Notes: generated by a model not told the origin, from the letters alone. Shown: positions 11,301 through 19,149, counted from the stretch's first letter. The stretch: 64,000 bases of DNA from Actinomycetes bacterium (GCA_029263075.1 JAJCYE010000031.1:5340-69339), one strand, 5' to 3'. Numbers and translations: made by a program.

Positions 11301-11903
11301 GCAGCGGCCACCGATCCGGTTCACCCCGCCGGACCTGCGGTTCACTCAGGCGTGACCAACGGGGCGGGGTCACAGCCGGTCCACGGATTCCTGGACACCA
11401 TGGAGCAGTTCCTGGAGGTTCAAGAACGCATTTTAGGTGCCTACCTTTCGGGCGGGGCCGCTACGGACCTCACCGGTTACCCAACTCCCCCCGCGGGACA
11501 ACACCCGGCCAACGGGAGTTCGGGCAACGGCTATGTGGATGGAGCCGACGGCTTCCCGCCCCAGTCGCCTCCCGGACCGATGGCGGAGCCGGCAATCCCC
11601 GAGGCCCCGGCGCCCGCCGAGCCCGAGGTGGCTCAACCGCCGGCACCGGCTCAGGTCGCTAAACAAGGCGACCATGAGGCCATCCTTCGCGAAATAGTGA
11701 GCGAACGAACCGGCTACCCCGAGGCCTCCATCTCATTGACGGCCGATCTCGAGGCGGATCTGGGGATCGACTCAATCAAAAGAGTCGAGATCATGGGCAC
11801 CTTCCGCCAAAAGCTTGCCGACCACCCCCAAGTTGAGATCGCCGACCTGACCACGGAGCGGACGCTGCAGGGAGTTATCGATCTGATCCGGGCACGAACT
11901 TGA
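8337..11903 (+). CDS. Pfa-like type I PKS (KS-AT-ACP), no reductive domains
   Basis: 1188-aa ORF. Its GTG start overlaps the upstream stop (GTGA at 8337-8340), which implies translational coupling. KS has DAACASS (Cys codon 8961-8963), HGTGT and SHT. AT has GHSSGE (Ser codon 10419-10421) with PYHT in place of the usual AFHS/YASH motif. ACP has LGIDSIKRVEIM (Ser codon 11772-11774). Confidence 0.92.
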   Translation: MSSRDIAIIGMSCLFPQAPGVDTYWSNIVGKVDAVTDPPPESWDPDLYYDPDSTEADRIYCKKGGYLGDLTRFDALANSVPPNAVGGEPDQWLALQLARDALNDAGYPEPEESIRHRTAVILGRGATFNGGTAISVQHSLVITQTLKILKSLHPDYSDAQMEALREGLRSNLPTMGSEIVPGLVPNIVAGRISNRLDLMGPSYTIDAACASSLVAVQNGVRDLITGDCDLVLAGGAQIWTPMPILSVFCQLNALSHRQQIRPFDKDADGTILGEGVGMIVLKRLEDAERDNDRIYAVITGVAVASDGKGLGLMAPRLEGEELAIRRAYEDAGISADTIGLIEAHGTGTTLGDLTEVQALSRVFGPRTGRLPSVALGTVKSMISHTVPAAGVAGIIKAALALHFKVLPPTLNCDEPNPKFELEKTPFYISTETRPWIHGGAEPRRAGVSAFGFGGVDSHLVLEEYLPSESRALTEGDPPEVLTVHRPPWDSEVAVFHADSRSGLIERVQSVGAWVSSLPEASGVSLEDLAFTLAGQFQPTPKAMRAAIIATSLADLKLKIDRLVDRLSDPVCTRIQDRSGIYFYAEPLAATGKVAFLFPGEGSQYPNMLADLCMHFPEVRRAFDAMDEVYRECGRPNRLSDFIFPRPTFNADERQWVDSQLWDMDVAPAAVLTANEGLLKIVEGLQVKPDVVMGHSSGEWAALRAAGVFGTSAEQRNRWIAGELLDVYRETIDLDNIPRSSLLAIGADRTIVAEIVSEVGADVRIAMDNCPHQVVVATAPETADLVLAAARRRSLVVETLEFDRPYHTPLFAPYSRRLAEALGPLDFARPNLPVISCATGREFPADSDSIKSLACEQWVKPVRFRQAIEDLHQQGVRFFIEVGPRGNLSAFVEDILRGRKSCIVPADQMRRSGTSQLNHLAGMLTAHGMDLNLKYLYRWRRPKLLDLSAAADEAKAAPALLQTQFPEMLVPEELAAELRSHRAESPQPVAAATDPVHPAGPAVHSGVTNGAGSQPVHGFLDTMEQFLEVQERILGAYLSGGAATDLTGYPTPPAGQHPANGSSGNGYVDGADGFPPQSPPGPMAEPAIPEAPAPAEPEVAQPPAPAQVAKQGDHEAILREIVSERTGYPEASISLTADLEADLGIDSIKRVEIMGTFRQKLADHPQVEIADLTTERTLQGVIDLIRART

Positions 11904-12127
11904 GCCGCAGGTCTTCGCCCGGCCATCGCAATCAAGGATGGGTGGTATAAATCAAAGAGGCTGTTCTTTGTCGGGCCGGTTGAGTGTCGGCGTCCTCAGA
12001 CCGTATCCGGCAGGAGTCAACAGGGCTTGGTGGGCCCGTCGAAGCCGTCCGAGGAACCCCCAGTTCCGAGTGGTTGCCGTCGTGTGGGCCACATGAATTC
12101 ACCTACCACTTACGGAGGCCGCGACAG

Positions 12128-12430
12128 TTGATAGCCCTGAGCGCAGATCAGGTAACTTCCGATGTGATCGAAGCAATAGGGGAGATGGCGGGAGACTGGC
12201 AGTACACCGGTCCCCTCACCGTCGAGACCCGCATGTATGCCGACATGGAGATCCAGTCGCTCGACTTTGTGACCCTGGCCTCGGCGATGGTCAACCGATA
12301 CGGGCCCATCCCGTTCGACGAGTTTTACACCCGGCTCGGTGAGCAGCCGCCCGAAACTCGGGAGGTCACCGTTGGCCAGTTTGCGGAATTCGTATTCAAG
12401 AGCCTCAATCGGGTGGCGGATTCGGCTTGA
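12128..12430 (+). CDS. free-standing acyl-carrier-protein-like protein
   Basis: The ORF-track frame runs 11984-12430. I prefer the TTG at 12128 because GGAGG (12114-12118) sits 9 nt upstream. It has the size and helix pattern of an ACP. The candidate phosphopantetheine site is MEIQSLDFVTLASAM (Ser codon 12257-12259), with Q rather than D before the Ser. The start codon is uncertain. Confidence 0.55.
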   Translation: MIALSADQVTSDVIEAIGEMAGDWQYTGPLTVETRMYADMEIQSLDFVTLASAMVNRYGPIPFDEFYTRLGEQPPETREVTVGQFAEFVFKSLNRVADSA

Positions 12431-12448
12431 TCTATCGGGAGGGCACAA

Positions 12449-13318
12449 TTGCCAAAGGTTGAAATCGCCAGCGGGGTCAAGATCCACTACGAAAGAGTGG
12501 GGAAGGGTCCGGACGTGGTACTCATCCACGGGATCGGCGGCCACCTGGCCACCTGGCACTTCAAGATCGTCCCCCTGCTCTGGGACCGCTACAACACCCT
12601 CACCTACGACCTGAGGGGCCACGGTTACTCCGAGATGACCGAGACCGGATACACCCCAACCGAGCTGGCAACCGACCTCGTTCAGCTACTGGACGCACTG
12701 GGCATTGAAAAGGTCGACCTGGTAGGGCACAGCTTCGGAGGGGATATCGCCCTCTACTTTGCCTACTACTACCCCGAGCGGGTCAACCGGGTCGTCTTGA
12801 TTGAAGCGTTGATCCCGGCCATGGCAATGATCCTGACCCGGGACGACTTTGCCCGGGCGGATTGGGCGGCCAACGTCCTGGAGAAGATGGGCGTCCCGAT
12901 CCCCGATGAACGGCGTTTCGACACCGGCTACATGCTGAACCAGGCCGTCAATATGCCCAACAAGTGGGGCCCCATGAAGGGCATGGCGCGGAAACGCAAA
13001 CGCCACGACGACTGGCTGGAGAAGCTTTACACCACCACCTCGGTCCTCAAGGACGCGCTCGACATCGGTGAACTGACGCGCGAGAACATCCCCCAGATCC
13101 AAACACCGGTACACCTCATCTACGACTCCGGCTCGCTGATGTGGCACAAGAGTTTTGCGTTCCTAAGGGACAACTTGCCGAATGTCACCTGGGTTCTTCT
13201 GGATACCGAGTCGGGTCAAATGGCCCACTTCGCCCCACTGGAGAAGCCTGAACTCGTCGTCGAACACATCCTCAACGGCCTGACGCCGTCCGGACAAACC
13301 TCCAAGAAAGCCGGCTGA
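12449..13318 (+). CDS. alpha/beta-fold hydrolase (possible thioesterase/offloading enzyme)
   Basis: HGIGG oxyanion motif, GHSFGG nucleophile elbow and a C-terminal His (QMAHF). TTG start preceded by GGGAGGG. Same strand as the PKS genes and immediately downstream of them. Confidence 0.85.
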   Translation: MPKVEIASGVKIHYERVGKGPDVVLIHGIGGHLATWHFKIVPLLWDRYNTLTYDLRGHGYSEMTETGYTPTELATDLVQLLDALGIEKVDLVGHSFGGDIALYFAYYYPERVNRVVLIEALIPAMAMILTRDDFARADWAANVLEKMGVPIPDERRFDTGYMLNQAVNMPNKWGPMKGMARKRKRHDDWLEKLYTTTSVLKDALDIGELTRENIPQIQTPVHLIYDSGSLMWHKSFAFLRDNLPNVTWVLLDTESGQMAHFAPLEKPELVVEHILNGLTPSGQTSKKAG

Positions 13319-13374
13319 TCATCTCGGGTAACAACTCGACCGACCCACCCCCCAACGCCGGCCCGAGCCGGGGC

Positions 13375-14436
13375 TTGGGGAACGAAGCGCCGATCAGTCA
13401 CGACCAAACCGACGGTCCGCCGATCTTCATCGTCGGCAACGGCCGTTCCGGCACGACTCTGATGGAGTTGATGCTGTCCGCTCACCCCAGGATCTACATC
13501 TGCCACGAAGTCGAGTTTTACCGCTGGCTCCGCGTGGGCAAGAACCTTCCTTTTGAGGAGATCCTGAGGGGATTTCTCGGCACCATGAACTTCCGCTGGC
13601 AGCGTCTCCCGCCGGAGGCGGTCCTGCATGGCCTGCCTTCTCCCCTCAAAAGGGAGCACGGGTGGATGGTGATGGAACGGATCATGCGACTGAAGGCTGC
13701 GGCTTTCGGACGAGTGCGGTACGGAGACAAGACCCCGGCCCACACCCCGGAACTAGGCCGCATTTACCGGGACTTTCCCGACGCCAAGGTCATCCTGATG
13801 GTTCGTGATCCCCGGACGCTCACCCAATCCGTGTCAAAAATGCCCTACGGGTCGTCGGTGGACCTCCCCAACTGCCTGGTCAACGAGATCTGGCACCGCA
13901 AGGTGGCCGCCTTCGGAGAAAGGCTTCTCCGAGTGAGGTTAGAAGACCTGCAGCACGACCCCAGGAGCCAGATGCAGCGGGTTCTCGAATTTGTGGGCGA
14001 GGACTGGAGCGAATCGGTTCTGGACCACCCCAACCACCTGCCCGACCCCCAACAACTCCCGGACATGCCGTGGTTCAAGTCTCCGGAAAAGCCGGTCCAA
14101 CCGCAGAAGGATCCCAAGAGCGGCCTCAGTCCCGAAAGAATCCGCCTGGTGGAGTGGTTGTGCCGGAGGACCATGAAAGAACACAACTACCGGCCGGCAC
14201 AACTCGCGAACCCGCCCGGGCGTCTGAGGTTGTTCCGCGAATACGCTGGCCAGCTTCCGGAGACCATCCGGTACGGCCGCAAGGTCGCCCGGCTCAAGCG
14301 CTCCTTCCGGGACGTCGAGGCCTGGAGCCTGGAGCACCCCGGAACCCGCCGGCAGATTGAGCGCTTGAATCCCGAGTGTTGGAAACACTATCCCGGGTAC
14401 TCTTGGCCCCTACCTCCGGAATCGATAGAGTTCTAG
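13375..14436 (+). CDS. PAPS-dependent sulfotransferase family protein (ST1)
   Basis: 5'-PSB loop FIVGNGRSGTTLM and 3'-PB-like VILMVRDPRTLTQS. Full-length paralogue of the 17144-18268 gene. TTG start, no obvious SD. Confidence 0.85.
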   Translation: MGNEAPISHDQTDGPPIFIVGNGRSGTTLMELMLSAHPRIYICHEVEFYRWLRVGKNLPFEEILRGFLGTMNFRWQRLPPEAVLHGLPSPLKREHGWMVMERIMRLKAAAFGRVRYGDKTPAHTPELGRIYRDFPDAKVILMVRDPRTLTQSVSKMPYGSSVDLPNCLVNEIWHRKVAAFGERLLRVRLEDLQHDPRSQMQRVLEFVGEDWSESVLDHPNHLPDPQQLPDMPWFKSPEKPVQPQKDPKSGLSPERIRLVEWLCRRTMKEHNYRPAQLANPPGRLRLFREYAGQLPETIRYGRKVARLKRSFRDVEAWSLEHPGTRRQIERLNPECWKHYPGYSWPLPPESIEF

Positions 14437-14465
14437 AATTTCCAATCCGAACAGACGGGCCGACA

Positions 14466-14801
14466 ATGGAAGAGACCAACACCACGCCGGACGAGCGAGC
14501 GGAGGCCGAGACGGCCCTGCGCGCGTCCCTGGACGACATCTTCGGCGGCGGGGGGATGGCAATTTTCCAGGACTTTACCTCCCAGGCCTACGTCGATCTG
14601 TTGAAGCTGCTCCCCCATTTCTCGGACCTGCCCACGCCGGACCGATATGAAATCGTCGGATGCGAATCGCAGGACGGGGAGTTCAGCTTCGACGTCCTGA
14701 TCGTCACGCCTGAGCGCAGCGTGGACATCTTCATGGTGATGTCGCATGTCGGCGAGGCGTGGAAGGTGGCACGCCTCAAGGTGCCCGGGATTAGGGACTA
14801 A
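14466..14801 (+). CDS. hypothetical small acidic protein
   Basis: In-frame ATG at 14466 inside ORF 14376-14801, chosen because the upstream part would overlap the ST1 end. No motif recognised. Codon usage is consistent with coding. Confidence 0.45.
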   Translation: MEETNTTPDERAEAETALRASLDDIFGGGGMAIFQDFTSQAYVDLLKLLPHFSDLPTPDRYEIVGCESQDGEFSFDVLIVTPERSVDIFMVMSHVGEAWKVARLKVPGIRD

Positions 14802-15928
14802 CGCACCAACCCGGCGCTTCGGTTCCCCTCGATACCCGGACCGCCGGGTTGAAACTCCGCCCGAGCATCAAAGTGACGTTCCCCGGCATACCCCCGGAGC
14901 CACCTACCGGCATCGTCCCGGTCGCCGAGATAGTGGTCGAAGAAAGCGCAGACCAACGCGTCGATCACCTTGAGGTGGTGGGAGCGGCTGCGAGCGCCCA
15001 CCGGGAGCGCCTGTCGCAGATCCTCCAGGTAGTCCGAACCGCCGTCCCCCTCCGCCCCTTCTTCGGCGGTTATCGCCCCCCTCCCCCCAAAGGTCAGGTG
15101 GGTTGCCCCGATCAGCGTCACCAGATAGCGGTCGGCGGAGCTGATCTGATCAAAAGCGGTCCGGCGCCACCGGATCGGCCGGCCCCCCGGGGCGAAGTCC
15201 CTGGTGCCGGTAAGGAGCATCACCGGCGTCTCGAATCCGTCCCACGCCCCCGGGGCGATACCCATGGTTCCCGTGCCCTGCGGCGACATCGCCACCACGG
15301 CCTGCACGCGGGGGTCGGTAAGGGACGCTTCGTCGTCGCCCAACTCCACCTTCATCCCACCCAAGGCCATGGCGGTCGAGGCACCGAACGAATGCCCCGC
15401 CACACCGATACGAGCAGGGTCGACGCGAAACGGCGAGTCCGCGTCGGTCAACGAGTCGATGACGAATGAGATGTCCTGCGGGCGGTCCCGCAGGTTGACT
15501 GGATCATCGAGGGCGGCAGCGACCCAGCCGGTGCGGTCCCTTTTGAGCCCGGCACGCAACGCTGCCGAGTCGCTGCCCGCATGGGTCACCACCGCGACCA
15601 GGTAACCGCGGGCGGCCAGGTGCGCCCCCAAGTACCCATAGTCCTCCCGGCTGGCTCCCAACCCGGGCGAGAAGACAATCAGCGGCCGAGCCGGGCCGCC
15701 GCCGCCCGCCGGCCGGTACACCCGCACCGGGACCTGCCTACTGCGGGAGGGGTCACTGAAAGTCAGGTCGGACTGCTCCACCCGGCTACCGTCGCCGGCC
15801 CGGTAGAGAGCGCGCTCGGTCGCTTTCGTCCGGATGGTCGACGCAAGCAACAAGACAACGAGCAGCAGCAACCCGATGACCGAAGCCGCTCGCCGGCTCC
15901 TGCGCCCACCGCCCGATCTGCCCATCAC
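14798..15928 (-). CDS. membrane-anchored/secreted alpha/beta hydrolase (PAF-acetylhydrolase / dienelactone-hydrolase-like)
   Basis: N-terminal Arg-rich segment plus a hydrophobic helix (VIGLLLLVVLLLAS). GHSFGAST nucleophile elbow. FSPGLGASREDY is typical of this lipase/esterase clade. Confidence 0.8.
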   Translation of the reverse strand: MMGRSGGGRRSRRAASVIGLLLLVVLLLASTIRTKATERALYRAGDGSRVEQSDLTFSDPSRSRQVPVRVYRPAGGGGPARPLIVFSPGLGASREDYGYLGAHLAARGYLVAVVTHAGSDSAALRAGLKRDRTGWVAAALDDPVNLRDRPQDISFVIDSLTDADSPFRVDPARIGVAGHSFGASTAMALGGMKVELGDDEASLTDPRVQAVVAMSPQGTGTMGIAPGAWDGFETPVMLLTGTRDFAPGGRPIRWRRTAFDQISSADRYLVTLIGATHLTFGGRGAITAEEGAEGDGGSDYLEDLRQALPVGARSRSHHLKVIDALVCAFFDHYLGDRDDAGRWLRGYAGERHFDARAEFQPGGPGIEGNRSAGLVR

Positions 15929-15988
15929 CGCCCGGGGACCGCTCCGACTCTGGATTGAACCTCGATCCGTAGGAGTTCCCCCGGTTCC

Positions 15989-16621
15989 CTACGGCCCCTG
16001 GGTTGGGCTTATCGGGCCCAGCGATGGCGCTATCGGCCCGATCGAAGGCACCGAAAGGGTGATTGCGGGCGAAGGCGAGCTTTGAGGGGTGGTTTGGGAA
16101 CCGGAGATCAGTTCGAACGACGAAGCCAGCCGGTCGAAGCTGTCCGACTTTACGCTCTTGGGGGCCACGACCTGCAGTACGTACATCCGGCTCCCGACCA
16201 TGACTGCCCGTCCGGTGAGCAGGTTCGGGGCCGCCTCGGTGGTGAAGTCGATCGCGTCCCGTGTTAGGAACGTCGTCGGGTTCTTGGTCAGATTCAGTCC
16301 TGAGACCGCGGAGGACGCGCCTTCGGCGGCCGAATCCAGGACCTTCTTCAGATTTTCGCCGGCGGGTTCGGCCGCGTAATCCACATAGGAGACCGAAACC
16401 GCTTCGTTGTCGGACTCGGAGGCGTAGACCACCAACTCAAGCGGATCACCGGCCGCCGGAACCCTCTGGACCTGCTTCGCCGGTTCGCTGGGAAACTCGG
16501 CTTTGAAGCGTCCCTGTGGGGAACTGAACGTCGTCCAAGCCGCCTCATCCGCACCCGAACCGCAGGCGGCCAACAGCAAGAGGATCAGGCCAAGCGACAG
16601 CGACTTAACCCCGCGGCTCAT
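15989..16621 (-). CDS. hypothetical lipoprotein
   Basis: The internal ATG at 16621 gives MSRGVKSLSLGLILLLLAACGSG (lipobox LAAC). The longer ORF up to 16756 adds a non-protein-like N-terminus. The C-terminus is Ser/Pro-rich. Confidence 0.65.
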   Translation of the reverse strand: MSRGVKSLSLGLILLLLAACGSGADEAAWTTFSSPQGRFKAEFPSEPAKQVQRVPAAGDPLELVVYASESDNEAVSVSYVDYAAEPAGENLKKVLDSAAEGASSAVSGLNLTKNPTTFLTRDAIDFTTEAAPNLLTGRAVMVGSRMYVLQVVAPKSVKSDSFDRLASSFELISGSQTTPQSSPSPAITLSVPSIGPIAPSLGPISPTQGP

Positions 16622-16715
16622 AGTCGCAGTATAGGAGGTTGACCGGGGGGCGACGCGATAGTCTGGACCCGAAAGGTAAGTGATCGGCAGCTCGGTGGAT
16701 GGATCGGAGGCGTGA

Positions 16716-17147
16716 ATGCACAGCAGCCTAACGGTGAAGAACAATGTCATCGTCATGGTGATTTCGGCAGGCGTAGCTGCCGCGGTCTATCTGCTGAGCA
16801 GCCCGCTTCCGACCGTACCGATGCTGGTAGGTGCCGGGTCGGGCTTTCTGGTCGGTATCTTCCAAGCACGAAGCGCCGCCGCCACGCCGAAGGCGTTCCA
16901 GCGGGCGGTCGACGGGGCGGACATTCGAGACGCCCTCAAGTCGAGCCCGGCCGGGAACACCGCCATCACTCTCCACTGGATTGCAATGGTGGCCACCATT
17001 GGGACCGCCGTGTGGATAGGCAAACCGTTGGCCGGGACTTTGGGCGGTTGGGCCACGTACGAAGTTTTCCGGCGCCTGGCGTTGCTCAAATCTTTGTCGA
17101 TGCTCGGCCGGACCGCACCACAACCGGGGACCAGGGCCTCCGGCTAG
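16716..17147 (+). CDS. hypothetical small membrane protein
   Basis: Hydrophobic segments (VIVMVISAGVAAAVYLL, MLVGAGSGFLVGIF, IAMVATIGTAVWI). Overlapping alternative frames are Arg/Gly-rich and do not look like protein. Its stop overlaps the stop of the convergent ST2 gene. Confidence 0.5.
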   Translation: MHSSLTVKNNVIVMVISAGVAAAVYLLSSPLPTVPMLVGAGSGFLVGIFQARSAAATPKAFQRAVDGADIRDALKSSPAGNTAITLHWIAMVATIGTAVWIGKPLAGTLGGWATYEVFRRLALLKSLSMLGRTAPQPGTRASG

Positions 17148-18268
17148 GCCAACTCCCCGGCGTCCTCGGCGTCCTGGGCGGGCTCCGGTACCTCAGGTGC
17201 CTCGGGATAGACGAAGTTCGGGTTCCGCTCCCAGTAGGCGGGGTTGAGTCCCCGGGTCCGCTCACGGCCCCCCTCGTCGTACCAATCCCAGCGATTGGGT
17301 TTGGCAAAGTACGCGCCCAGGCGGACGTAAGCCACGGCGTAACGGACGGTTTCGGGGATTGAACCCAAGATCAGCCGAGCCTTGCCGAACATCCCCAGCT
17401 TGGGCACATCCGCCGGCTCGTAGCCGTGGAGCTTCATGCTCTTGCGGCACAACCACTCGATGAGTGCAATCCGCTCCGGGCTCAAGCGGCGCCAGGCCGG
17501 TTCCTGTTGCTGAACCGGCGCCTCCGAGGAGCTGAACCACGGAACATCCGGTAGTCGACCAGGATCGGGGTCATGGTTCGGATGGTCAAGAACCGCCTCG
17601 TCCCAGGGCTCTCCAACAAACTCGAGCACCCGCTCCATCTGCGCTCGGGGGTCGGCCTGCAAATCCTCCAACCGCACAATCAACATCTCCTCGGTTTGGC
17701 GGAGAACAGCTTTGCGGGTCAGTTCGTTGATCAAACAGTTCGGGAGGTCCTTGGCACAGCCCCAAGGCATGTTCGAAACCGAAGCGGCCTCGCCCCGGGG
17801 GTCCCTGACCATCACAATGACCCTGGCATCCGGAAAGTCACGAAAAATACTCCGTAGGTACCAGATGTGCGGCGGGGACTTGTCACCGTACCGAACCTTG
17901 CCCAGGCTCGCCGACTTGAGCCGCATCATCACCTCGAACAGTTTCCACGCCTCGGGACGGGGCAGTGAATCGGGCAGGCGTTCGGTGACGGTCCGGGGGT
18001 GCAGGCGCAACCACCTGAAGTTAACGGTTGAGAAGTACGGATCGAGGAGGTCGGAAACCGACCGGGTTCTCAAGGCGCCGGTAAACCATGCGTAGTAAGC
18101 GAGTTCGTGGCAGACGTAGATGTTCGGGTGCGCCGACATCATCATCTCCATCAGCGTGGTGCCGGAACGGCCGTTGCCGACGACGAAGATAGGTGGACCC
18201 TGCGTAGCTTCGTACGGGATCTGGCTCGTGGGGTCGAGTATCGGCTGGCGGGACGAACCGTCGGTCAT
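17144..18268 (-). CDS. PAPS-dependent sulfotransferase family protein (ST2)
   Basis: FVVGNGRSGTTLME (5'-PSB) and VIVMVRDPRGEAAS (3'-PB). Paralogue of ST1. Its ATG overlaps the stop of the upstream methyltransferase gene. Confidence 0.85.
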   Translation of the reverse strand: MTDGSSRQPILDPTSQIPYEATQGPPIFVVGNGRSGTTLMEMMMSAHPNIYVCHELAYYAWFTGALRTRSVSDLLDPYFSTVNFRWLRLHPRTVTERLPDSLPRPEAWKLFEVMMRLKSASLGKVRYGDKSPPHIWYLRSIFRDFPDARVIVMVRDPRGEAASVSNMPWGCAKDLPNCLINELTRKAVLRQTEEMLIVRLEDLQADPRAQMERVLEFVGEPWDEAVLDHPNHDPDPGRLPDVPWFSSSEAPVQQQEPAWRRLSPERIALIEWLCRKSMKLHGYEPADVPKLGMFGKARLILGSIPETVRYAVAYVRLGAYFAKPNRWDWYDEGGRERTRGLNPAYWERNPNFVYPEAPEVPEPAQDAEDAGELA

Positions 18269-19122
18269 CTAGGGGTTTGCGGCGGAGCCGGATCAATCGA
18301 CTTAGCGGTGCCGTCGGCGTTGGGTGCCTCTCCGCCTGCGGCGGTCACCGGCTTGACTGCCGAGGTGAGGAAGTACTTCTTGACGCCGATTCCGGTGATC
18401 GGGACGTAGAGGCGAGAAAAAATCCAGATGTACAAGAACTGCTTGGTGTCCAGTTCCCCCCGGGATCGAGCCTCGGAGGGCCAGCGCTTGAGGTTCCGGC
18501 AGAAACCTCCCCAGCAGTCATCCGTGACGTCGTCGACCAGCACGTCCTCGAACCCCGCCTTCTCCTGGTGGGCCTTGAGATCCGCAGCATCCTTGAGGAG
18601 GTTGGCCTGCCAAACCCACTTGGGCCCGCCGCCGATGTCCGACATGACCAGCCGTCCGCCGGGCTTCAGCACCCGGTAGGCCTGCTTGAAAAAGGCGTCG
18701 CGGGTCTTAAAGTGGTGCGCCGCCTCAACGCACAGGACGTTGTCAAAGGAGTTGTCGGGAAAACTCAGGTGGGCCGCGTCCATGTAGGTGAACTGGACCC
18801 CCGGGGCGTTCGTACGGCCCTTCGCCAACTGAACTTCGGAGAGATTGATGGCCTGAATGTCCTCAGCCTCAAAGTGTTTGAGCAGTTGACGGGTGGAGGC
18901 GCCCAAACCGCACGCCACATCCAGGATCTTCCCTCGCTTCTGCGGGATGAACGAGACCAGCTTCTCCACCAGAGCTTCGCTTGCCTCGCTCTGGCAGGTG
19001 GCCCCGTCGGCCCAGTATCCGTAGTTATAAAAGTCGCTGTGACCGTAGTAGGCCTGCTGGACCGCTTCACTCATCGCTTGGTCGTATTGGGCGAGCATCC
19101 GCTCTTGTTTGCTGGCTGTCAT
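18265..19122 (-). CDS. class I SAM-dependent methyltransferase
   Basis: Motif I ILDVACGLGAST, motif post-I/II FDNVLCVEAAHHF, and KPGGRLVMSD. Confidence 0.85.
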   Translation of the reverse strand: MTASKQERMLAQYDQAMSEAVQQAYYGHSDFYNYGYWADGATCQSEASEALVEKLVSFIPQKRGKILDVACGLGASTRQLLKHFEAEDIQAINLSEVQLAKGRTNAPGVQFTYMDAAHLSFPDNSFDNVLCVEAAHHFKTRDAFFKQAYRVLKPGGRLVMSDIGGGPKWVWQANLLKDAADLKAHQEKAGFEDVLVDDVTDDCWGGFCRNLKRWPSEARSRGELDTKQFLYIWIFSRLYVPITGIGVKKYFLTSAVKPVTAAGGEAPNADGTAKSIDPAPPQTPR

Positions 19123-19149
19123 TATTCGGCCTTTGACTTCAGGGCTGGA

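Noticed and set aside
16712-17362. 216-aa plus-strand ORF overlapping the small membrane gene and the ST2 3' end
   Set aside because: It is Arg/Gly-rich and does not look like protein. The overlapping frames contain a plausible membrane protein (+) and the sulfotransferase (-).
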